A stretch of DNA of 63,999 nucleotides, the filler included, from Sphacelaria rigidula (lineage: Eukaryota), in assembly GCA_964200075.2 (NCBI GenBank). It is 3 parts of 3 records of this genome, joined end to end, with 100 filler letters (N's around TTAATTAATTAA, not from the genome) between each part and the next. Parts side by side here need not be neighbours in the genome. Positions count along the whole stretch, not along the records: positions 21,929 to 43,742 come from CAXNAA020000382.1; 2 more parts are not named here. One strand, written 5' to 3'. Positions within the stretch are counted from its first letter, which is position 1. Each line of letters opens with the position of its first letter. The notes below the pieces were generated by a model that worked only from the letters and a program-made list of their open reading frames with translations, made no database searches and was not told where the DNA came from. The position numbers and the translations under genes were made by a program. This document shows positions 26,681 through 37,800 of this stretch, piece after piece.

Positions 26681-26757
26681 GGGAGTCACGTTTTCGAAAC
26701 GGTTTTCCCCGATTTTTCGAGAAAATCGTGGGAAACCGTTCCGAGATCGTGACTCCC
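26681..26757. repeat. Imperfect ~77-bp palindrome
   Basis: GGGAGTCACGTTTTCGAAACGGTTTTCCCCGATTTTT pairs with AGAAAATCGTGGGAAACCGTTCCGAGATCGTGACTCCC. Confidence 0.8.
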
Positions 26758-28851
26758 CCCAATTTTTTTGAGGTGACGTGCGTGCGTTGACGTACAATGC
26801 CAGAGTACGAGGCGTTTCATATTTTGCAACGGCAGCAGAAGACAGTCTCGTGACAGAACAGGGCGTACATACTGCCCTCCCCAGCTGCTGAGGCAACTTC
26901 GCACAGGGTTTCACAAGCGGATAATAAGTACTGACGCCGTACCCTGCGGCGATGGTAATATTTTATTTTGCGCTGCGCTGCCATATGTATCACTATAACG
27001 AACGCTACTGTACTCTCCTAGCTGTTGTCGCTGTACTTGAGGGGTGATATACGGCACTGCACTAATGAACTCTGCTCGCGCACTGTTTATATTCTCTGTT
27101 CTCGCAATACGAGCTGTGCTATCATGTACGACCACACGGCATTATCATGTACTTTACTGATGTGTCCTGCATTGTATTACCCCAGTGTACCAAGGTACGA
27201 CACTGTACTCGAAGGAGTGTTTACCGCCTGCCTGCTCTTCGGCTTCATGCACGAGTACGCAGTACCACTCATGCAGAAAATGACCGTGTGTGTACAGAAC
27301 CGTTTCACAAATCTGTAATACTGTACTGTACTGTCTGTACCATAAAACAGTCACCCCAATTTGGAGTCCACGAACTTGAGTCCCCCCCATTTTTTCAAGA
27401 TCGGGCTCCCCCGAAAAATCGAAATTCGTTGTCATAAAAATGGGTCGAACGGGAATAATCCGTACCTAGATATCAGAATAACACCGTCAATTCACGAAAA
27501 TAAAATCCACACGTCCCGAACGGCAACGTTTTATCATGCCCTTTTCTTCCTGCGTACCACATTTCAAAGTCCAACTCGCGAAATTGAGTTGAGACGGGGC
27601 GATTTGGAAACCGGGTCGGGCGAAATTCAGAACAAATTTTTCCAGGCCATTTACCGGCCCAGGTTTGGATCTTGTGTTTTAAATCTTTGTGTGGGGCCTC
27701 GCAAGGTCATAAATAACCACAAAAAGTGGGAAAGGTTGATATGTATACCTTTTTTTCACTTGCTTAGGACGCTTTAGTATAGTGACGACCATATTTTCAC
27801 GAGAAGGCCTGTACCTCGCCAAAAAAAAACGAATGGTCCATTTTTTCTCGTTGGCATGCCTTTGCAATTCTCCACGATGAGTTTCAAATCTCAATTCTCG
27901 AAATTGGGCTGAAAAACTGAGATGAGGTTCGAGAGAAATGTACATTTTCCCTCAAAACTCCCCTGAAATACAAAAAAATGAAGAAAAAAACGAAGAAAAA
28001 TAAAAAACGATGATCTTTATTTCATTATGCACTAGCGGTTCTCCACACGAAATTTCAAAGCACAACTCTCACAAACTGAGACGCAATATCCAGATTTATT
28101 GCATATATATAGTGATTTTAGTATAGAACATTATGTGCGCCATATCCCGAGACAGATGACGAATTAGGCAAAAATGGAGGTATCGATCGTTTTCCCGTGC
28201 TCCTGGGAATGTCCACACCAAAAATCGTCATCATCCGCTGTACTTATCGTCCGAGGTTTCATATAGAATTTATTATAGACGCTATCTCCGTAAGGTATAG
28301 GAATTACTAGACATGATATTTAATCAACGAGAAAAGATTGACGCAGACTTTTGAGCACATAGGCACCTTCCCCATGATCAGACGATTGATACGATATGCA
28401 GATCACGGTCCAACTGTCTGTGTCGACGAGATATTGCTGTGAGAGCTTAAATCCACATCTAGGCCGGCCCAGCTCGTACTAGAATCGGCGCCTGCGGCGC
28501 CGATTCAGGCGCCGATTTAGTTCTCCCCACGCGCGCTTTGCCTAGGGCACTGTGAGTATCCTCTTGCCCGAGGGTTCTTTTTTATTCTTGGCTTGAAGCA
28601 TTCAGCCATGGATTTGAGGATCCGGGCTGCGGAGAATCCCCCTCCAGCACACGGCGGCATTTTCACACGCATGATTACACTGGAAAATGAACACTGAGCA
28701 CGGCAGACCAAGTAAAAAATTTCTTTTTTTTTGCTAGCAGCGACGCGAAAACACCCGGCATTCATCACACATCGCCGTAACTTGCTCCCCGTTTGCCCGG
28801 CTGTCCTTTGCCCGACGAAACCCCGTAAAACGTGGATCTCACGTCATCGCA

Positions 28852-31800
28852 ATGCCCGAAGGCACGGGCGACAGACAGCAACAGAGGATGCCGCCCATGA
28901 AGCCGATAGTCAACTGCGCCACAGCGGTCCTTCTGTTTAGTTTCTCCTGCCCACAAACGACCACGTCAACGGCCTTCGTGCCAAGCCCCAACTTCACGCG
29001 TACCAACCTGAGGAATACTCGCACATCTCCACCCTACTCCACGGTACCGCCCGCTTTGAGTAGCAGTCGGAACCTCGCGTCAGGTGCGCGACAACGTGTC
29101 GCGGGGCGTTCAAGAGCTGCGCATGGTGGAGAGAACAACGCAAATGCCAAGAAGGCGCCTGTGTCTGTGTTGGATCGGCCTTGGGATGTGGAAGTTTTGC
29201 TGCACGGGGAGCGGCGGGTGATCACAGTTCAGCCGGGTGATAGCGTATTGGAGGCCGTGAGTTTCCATCTAGATAACGAACCACTGACAAGAGGTGCATC
29301 AGTATCGTGTCTGGAAGCTGACCAAGCGCTCCGTGGCCTGTTTTAGCTGGCCTGTAGTCCACTTGAGCTGTGCTACCCGTTGTATTTTGTGCACAAACGC
29401 TCAACAGCTGAACATGCTGGTTTTTCTCATCCTTGTTGTATCGCGCTTGGACGTTTACGTTGCTCAGGCGGAGATGTCGGGCATGAACGTTTCGTACGAC
29501 TGTCGACGGGGTAACTGCATCAGCTGCGCAGCCCGGGTGCAAGCAGGTCAGACCATGACCGCAGTGCTCGTTGATGCCAGCCGTCGCCGTACTTGATTTC
29601 AATTTATCGCTACTTGAGTCGGGGGTTTCCCGACCAGCTTTCATGGCGATGGCAATGTAAGCCAAGACTTTTCCACTGATCTGCCTTTTACGTGCCACCG
29701 TACCACCAACATCCCAACGGAACGAACCCTGCTAGCGCAAACCATTGCACGACATATTACCTTTTCCGGTGTCGAATTCCGGCGAAACTTGTCACTGTGG
29801 AACATGATAGTCTGTCGATGGTATCTCGCGAGTGCCACCTTTCATCTTGAGACGAGAACACACATAATCACTGTACAGGCCTGTACTGTAGCGCCAGCTA
29901 CAGTTGAAAATGAAGAGTGGTGTCTGCAACTCTTCACTTGGGCATACAACTGCACGAGCGACAGCGCCAGCCGTAGACATGGACAGCCCAGACGAGCGCG
30001 TGGCCTCCTCCATTCCCACAGCCTGGACGAGTTTCTCTCAGGGGTTAGACTGCGAGGGTAGTCCATCTGGATCGTTCATATCCTGCCCAAGTGAAATTGA
30101 TGTCGATTCAACGGATGACGTACTGTCGCCGTCTAAGGATCAAGCTGTTGTCACTTGTCCTCCGCCTGTTTGCAACGCCCTGCTCAAAGGGAGGTAACGG
30201 GAGGTCATCGTGAGGGGGCGTCAAGCCGTTTGACACTCTCTGTCAAGCACTGAAAAGATAAGATTCAGACTGAGGATCGGCGACTTCATTCTTGAGTCCC
30301 CACAGTGAGTCTGTGGAGCCACACGTGTGGTACATTCCTGACGTCATCTACTGGTAAGCCGAGATCGCGAACGGGCATCTTACGCGATCGGGCAGGTGTC
30401 GATGACACTAGGCAAAATGTTGCTCTGTTTCTTGTTGCCCAGAGCATCGAGCAAATGACATGCATGGATGCGCTCCACGTGTGGTTACATGGCCCACTGT
30501 TGCCCCTGACGAGATGGAACATCCCACACGTCGGACGAGCACGAGTTTGACTCGTGGTACTCTCCTCGCCCGGCTGCTCGTGGGCCGTTTTTGGAGGTCC
30601 TCGGGCACTCCAGTCATTGCTCGTGGTGAGGAAAGTTGAAAGGGCGAGTACTCGAGTCATTGCCCGTGGCGGAAAAAGTTGATAGGACGAGTGCTCGAGT
30701 TATTGCTCGTGGTGTGTGTGTGTTGTGTTGTCATCCCCTCTATTCTGGACGTCTACACCTTTCGGTAAATGTGGGCGCATCAGCGGAGGTCACACAGGAG
30801 GAAGGCCAACACAGAAGCTTTTTCTTTTCCTTTGTTGTAGTTGTCAACCTTCCTTCTGCGGTGCGTGCCCTGGTTTTTATCGCGAGAGGGGTTCAGCAGT
30901 CCCTTTCCCCCGTCGACTGTGAAGTAATTTTTGTGTACCCACGACGTATTCGCTCTCCACTGTTGCGCATGGTGTGGGAAAAATTCCCAGATCGTGTGAC
31001 TGCACCCAGATTCGAACCCACGACCCAACCGTCAGAAGGTTACGAGCTTCACCAACTGAGCCACCGGGGCTATCGGCATACTACTGTGGTGGAAAAAATT
31101 AACAGGGCGAGCACTCGAGTCATTGCTCGTGGTGGAAAACTTGATAGGGCGAGCACTCGACTCATTGCTCGTGGTAAAAAAAATTAATAGGGCGAGTCCT
31201 CGACTCGTTAATTGCGGTGGAAAGATAACAGGGCAGGCACTCGAGTGATTGCTCGAGGTGAAATAAATTAATAGGTCGAGCACTCGAGTCATTGCTCGTG
31301 GTTGACAAATAAATGACTCTAGCACACGAGTCATTGCTCGTGGTGAACGACTTGAGTCGCGGAGTCAGCAATCCGACGGGCAAATAATTATAATGAGCTG
31401 CTCGACGATCTTGAATCAAGAATCTTCAACTTCATATGCATATCTGCACATGTACAAGCGTCAAGCTTAAAAGCGGACCAGGGTGGTATCCCACGTCGCA
31501 AAGCAGTCACAGCCTGGATGGTGTTTTCAGACTATGGCGCCTTCACGGTCGCACCAGAAATCCTGGCGCATGTGAAAGGCATCTTGTGCGTGTACAAGGC
31601 ATACCGAGCAAAGCAACATCGATACAGCACCTGCCCCCATATCGTTTCGAGACCCGACATGCTGGGATGTGCATCGTTTTGAACAAATAACCTGAGCGGT
31701 GCAGGCAGTAGGTGCGAGTGGATGCTAGAAAATGAAATGCGCATCCGTTGTGAACTGCGAATATATCTGCAATACCCCGCTCGTGCTGCACAGCCAGCTA

Positions 31801-34800
31801 CCTGACGCTTGACAGTCTCTCTCTCATCGCATGGGCGGAGCCGCACTAGCGAATGCAGGGAGCCTGCGGTAGTGCGGAGTACTGTACTAGTAGGAAAGCC
31901 GCAGCCGCCAACAGTACAGCAGAAATGCACACGTCGGGCGATCACGAGTATGACTCGTGGCACTCGCACTCGTTCGGCTGCTCGTGGGCCGTTTCTGGAG
32001 ATCCTCGAGCACTCGAGTCATTGCGCGTGGTGGGGAAAATTCACTCCCTGGACAATACATGCATAGTATAAACTCCCTTTGTCCGGAAATATAAGATCGG
32101 TTAGGATATTCGAAATATTATATCGGTTTTATCGTGGAGGGGGTTACAAAAGGTATTTTTGCATCATTTTTGTTTGCCGTGCTCCCATCGGTATACAAAT
32201 GGAAGATATTGCCTACAACAGGGGATGGTAAAATTTCATCCCCCCCCGAATAGTTGTGTTTTTCTCCGGACGGATTTTCCGAAGATCTGGTCAGTAAGGA
32301 AGCTCTAATGTCGCTTTTTCTCCCATATGGAGCGAAGACAAGGTTTTTTTCCTCATCTGTTTTTTTAGGTGCAACCTTGGCTATATAAAGCATGCTGTTG
32401 ATCGACAAGTTGATAATAAAAAATGAATATCTTCCCTTTTGACCGAGAGAAGAATTACAAGATGCCGAAAATCGGCACCCTTGAAACAAAAATAAACATC
32501 ACGAAGAAGAATAAATATGAAAAAAAAAAAGAGTTTTTCGAAGAAAAAATATGTTTTGGGTGATAATTGAACTCCCGCCCTAATTTTCATGGACAGGTTG
32601 ACTTACTAAGCATCTTGTCCGAACCGATCTTATATTTCCGGACAGAGGTAGTATATATACATATATTGCCAGCTCAATATGTCGACGCGTCGGGTGATCA
32701 ATATATATTGGGCGAGCAATACTCGTATGATGGCACGAGAGACACGTCAATAAATATTGTGCATCAATATATCAAGGCTCGCGATATACCATCTGTATCT
32801 ACCGAGCAATTTATCACGACACGCGCCACCTCAATGTAAATTGGCCGAGTAATATGTTGGTGGGGTAAGCCGCCAACATATATTTGTCGAGTAATATATG
32901 GGCAACCACACGAGGTCCATATATGATTGTTGTACTTCACCTGACGCCCCAGGGGTCCAGCCGTGGTCATGATAGACGTACCCAAGAAAAACGAAACTGA
33001 AACACGCTCTGAGGAAAAAAAAGGAATAGAAGGAAAAAAAAAGGGGGGCCGAACATATATATATATATATATATTTATATATTTTGACGATTCAATATAT
33101 TCAACAGCCGAAGCGCCAATGTATATTGCCGCCCCAATGTGCCGTGCGTCAATGCGTCCAAAATGAATTGGGCGGACAATACACGAGGGAACCGACGGTC
33201 ACAAGACATATTGGTGTAGCACTACAGTATACAGTATATAGAATATTTCGATATCACGAGCGTGAAGCATACTTTGTAACGAGGCGTCCACGAGATTTAT
33301 GATGATTTTAGTGTGCAAGTTCCTTCGCACCCGCCCGGGGAGATGACTGTTCGGGCCAATGCCAATGCTAGGGGTCCGGTACGCGGACTCGTGCTACATC
33401 TTGTGCGGGGGTACACATGCGTTCGCGACCGTTCGAACGAGCGCGTGATGGCGGTGGTCCCGCAATGTTTCCGGCGGGTATTACGTAGATTTTTTCGAGG
33501 TTTGTAGAGGTATTTTAAGCTCGATATCCCCGGTAAATTGCACACTAATTTACAGTTGAATATATCAGGCAACTGGAGTTCGAGATATGTACCTCTACCA
33601 ACAACTGAACCGGCCTTATTTCCAGGGCGTAAGATACGGCGCACGAACGAACACGTTCTCGCACACAACAAAGAACGTGAAAGTGAAGTCTCGTGCAACT
33701 GTACACGGCGCCTATTAATGGTGGGCGCACCGACAACCTCTTGCACAGGAGAAGGAACATGGAGCGAAGTCTAGTGCAGTTCGGTGCTGAATGCCGACGT
33801 GGCGTAATCGATCTCTGGCGCGAACGTACCCGAAGCGAATGATTTCTTCGCGCAAGTGGTCTATGCTGTAATACAGACAATGCATAACTACATCAAGGAC
33901 AGATAGTTCACGGCGCTGATTGCCGGTGGGTGGGTGCACTGACAGCTTTTTGCACACAAGGAGGAACGTGAAACGAAGTCTAGTGCAATACGGCGCTGAA
34001 TGCTGACGTTGTGTCGTCTTTTTCTGGAGTTGGAAGCTTCCGACGCAGGTAATTGCCGGTGCAAGACATACACATGTGTGTACTAAATCTAGAAAACGGG
34101 ACGCAGACTCTGATTTTGCCCTAAATCGTGGACGGAACACGCTAAAAATGTGACCAAAACGTCTGACAACGCGTCCACTGAGCCAGCACAAAGTCGCGAT
34201 CATGTACCAAGCTCGTCTGCGAGAACTTTTACTCATCTTTGTATCTTGCACGAGAACAGCTGCTGCCCGGGTACCTACCATTTATACCCGTCCACGCAAT
34301 TTATGCTGGAATAAGGACATAATAATGCCCGCACCCGCCCGCACACAAGCTTCCCATTATGTATATATATATTGGAAATATAATATTAGTATGTCTAAAG
34401 TTTAGCATCCATAGAAGGTGAAATTTGGCGCTCCGGTCCGAAGAAGATGTACCTCTACTCTGTAGCTAAAAGGTTGAAATGTACACGTGAAATACGTCGC
34501 AAGGGTTTGAACCCGTGTCGGGTACTTTCTTTTGCTCGTAGTGCGTGAGTAGAACACTGTTCCTCCACACGGGGAGTCAGTATGTGAGAGTATTCTGTAG
34601 GTGAAACATGACAGTTTAGACGTGCAAGACGCCGGTATGGGTTCAAACCCTGTATCGGCTACATTTGTTTTGCTCGCAGTGCGTGAGTAGACCACTGTTT
34701 TTTCACTACCGGGAGTCGAGTTCGAGTTCTGGGTCGGGTATTTTTTTCCCTGGTGGTGGTGGCGTGAACACCACAGTTTTTCTACCCCGGGAGTCGATTT

Positions 34801-37800
34801 TGTCCTTCACTGCAATCTTCAGACTTTCTCTCATCATTCATACCCGCGGTCCTACCCCTCATCGTCTCGCAACTTTTTCTCCCGTCATCATATTATCCCT
34901 TCCCACTTCCATCAACCAACATCGTCTTCTCTATAAACAAACGCAAAAACCTCGAAGACATCGGTGCGAGCAGAGGGAATGCTACGATATATCGACCGTC
35001 GCCCTCTTTCTCAGTCGCGCTGCAATCTGTTCCCTATGCACTTTCCTCGGTACTATTTCTGGTCTTATTTCTTCCGTGTAAAATATGAAATTTCAACCCA
35101 GAATCATTTTTCACTAGAGCCTGGCAAGGCAAGAATACCGCGACCCTCCAAGAAGACGGGCGGGGCCGGGGCGCTCTACTGTCTTATATACCCACTTTTA
35201 CTCGTCGTTCATCCCCACAATCCTTGAGGAATTTTCGAGTGGTTTTTTTATATGCAACATGAACATTTCCAGAGAGGATCTACTCTCACGAGGGCTTGGC
35301 AACGCAAGAACATCGAGACCCTCGAAAAAGACGGACGGGACCGGTGCACAGCCCGGGGTCCCGTGCGGCTTATATATATATACATATATTGATGATTCAA
35401 CATGCAGATTGGAAAGTGTTTTGGAATTGTATGGTGGGCATTTCTATGTTCGCGGGCGCCATTGAATGATGTATCACCAGATTTCGAAAACGCTCAATAT
35501 ATTCCTCCGCGAACGTGTCCAATGTATATTAGCTCCACAATAGCTATGCGATGAGCGTTCGCAATATGTATTGGAAAAACAAAACTTCTGCGTAGTTTGT
35601 GTTCAATGTGTTGAGGCGAGGATATGTTCCGCATCGCTGGGACTCAATATGCATTGACGCTTCAATACCTACACGGCCGGCATGCACAATATATTTTGAA
35701 TGGTTTGTTCCCGGAGCAAATGCATATCCAATATGAAGTATATTGTTATGCATTGCTTCACGATCATGACACGAGAAATATATATTGTTGCTTCAATGTC
35801 TCCGAGGACATCTCAACTCAAAATATATATATTGGAAGGACCCATGTTGGCGCTGTCTCCAATGCAAAGTATTGGTATCATATTGGAACATATTATTTAG
35901 TCCAGGGTATAAGCAACACAGCACCGGTGACCAGAGGGGTACCAAAAGGCGTATATCGACCCGCGTTTTCTGCCGTTGTACTGCTTAGCCAAGATACATT
36001 CCATTCTGCGAAGGGGATGGACAGCACCGCACCGGTGGCCAGATAGGTATCAGATGGCATATATGCCGGGTCGCCTCTTCTGTCACCATATTTTCTGGCC
36101 AGTATATACACATATATAAACTCATTCGACAACTCTTCGTAGCTATGCGCGTCAATTTCTGTGGCTTCCTTTTGAGCCTTCCCCAATCTGCACGGGCTCC
36201 GGCATCCATCGCGTCTGGATCGTTCTCAAAGCGTACACCTATACTCACAAGGTCCCATATATATTGACCGACCAACACATTGGCACCCACGCGGCCCCAA
36301 TATACTTTGACGGGTCAAATGTTGTAACCAATGCGACCCTATTTCATATTGGTCGTGCAATATGTCGTCGCCCTCACTGCCCCAATATATATTGATGAGA
36401 CAATGTGTGTGGAATCCCACGGTCCCGATATATATATATATATATATATTGGGCGGGCAATATGTATACCGTGCCACGACACCAATATATATTGGGCGCT
36501 CAATACGTGTACAATCCAAGGGTACCAATATAAATGACGCCGGCAATATATCGCAATATTCCAGTATGATTGACCAATATATTTTGTAAACATACTGTAT
36601 TGTCCAGGGTGTGAGCAAATTAATAGGGCGAACACTCGAGCCTTTGCTCGTTGTGGAAAAATTAATAGGGCGAGTACTCGAGCCTTTGCTCGTGGCGGAA
36701 AATATTAATAGGACGAGTACTCGGGTCATTGCTCGTGGTGAGAAAAATCAATGACTCAAGCACGCGAGTCATGCTTGTCGTGGAAAAAATGAATAACTCG
36801 AGCGCACGAGTCATGTCGTGGTAAGAAAAAAAAAAAACTCGAGCACACGAGTCATGCTCTTAGTGTATTAAAAAAACGTTCACGAGTGCACTCGTTTCGA
36901 CGAGTAATGACTCGTTCGACGCGTGGAATATTTTTTTCCTGGTTCGCAGCGTGTCCGCCATCGGTGTATTTACTACGGACAATCTATTGTAAGGCTTCCT
37001 TACAAGAGCAGGATGAGCACTGAGAGTCCACATAGAATCTCTCGTCTACCCATGCTACGATGTACGTCATCCTCCTTGAACACCTTGCATCCCATTTGCG
37101 TCGTGGATTATGAAATTGGTGACTTGAAATACAGGATCGTCGGAGAATTACGAGAATCGAGCGGATCGACGCGCTGACGATGGCGCTCCTGAGGTGAAGT
37201 AACGCCGTAGTTTTTTTGACGATGATTGACTTCTTCCTACGGTGCATTTGAAAGTCAGAGCGGATATATAATGGAGCCAGGTGCGATGAAAGATACGTTT
37301 GGCGCGGGTGCAATCAAAGGCATCTCCCCCAGTTTATCGTTGCGTTGCCAGTATCACAGTACACTGACATGGATGTGATTCCGCGCACTCGGATGATTCC
37401 ACTCTTGCTTTTACGTATGCATCTTGGTGCCGTCCTCGGGCATACCCTTCCACCGACTGCTAAATAGTTGACGTGCCTTCGCCTTTCCGTGTTTGCGGCG
37501 TACAGGGGTTTGTTCTGTCATGCAGCACGTACCCGGTGGGGCCGGGTGTGAAACTGGAGCTGTCAGCTAACGCAGAGATGTGGACGGTGAGTCGTCCTGC
37601 TTCATCCTCTCTGCTAGACACCGGCATGCAACCTTCTCCCTTCGTCGAGGGAGATTGGGTGTATGGTGCGTGTCTCATGGGCACTTCCATCACTGCGGCT
37701 TTGTACCCATACACGCCACTGCAGTCACTGGCGTTGTGTTGCCCCACGCAAAGCACACCTGCGAAAAGCATCGGACTGTGAAAATCTTCTCGAGTAGGTC

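Larger units (their letters stand above)
32042..36613. mobile_element. CACTA-like non-autonomous element (TIR CAC[T/A]CCCTGGACAATACA)
   Basis: 18-bp TIR with one mismatch: CACTCCCTGGACAATACA / TGTATTGTCCAGGGTGTG. Many internal CAATATATATTG-type motifs. Confidence 0.75.
31927..36926. mobile_element. Copy 2 of the CTCGAG-array DNA element, expanded by nested insertions
   Basis: Left end GCACACGTCGGGCGAT versus reverse complement of right end CCACGCGTCGAACGAG. AAT on both flanks (possible 3-bp TSD). The unit array resumes at 36617-36860. Confidence 0.6.

Noticed and set aside
30995..31070. tRNA gene on the minus strand
   Set aside because: The acceptor stem does not close and the sequence continues into a SINE body with a CA tail.
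30600..31345. CRISPR-like array of palindromic repeats
   Set aside because: Units abut with only A-rich linkers, there are no unique spacers or cas genes, and the context is a eukaryotic intron.
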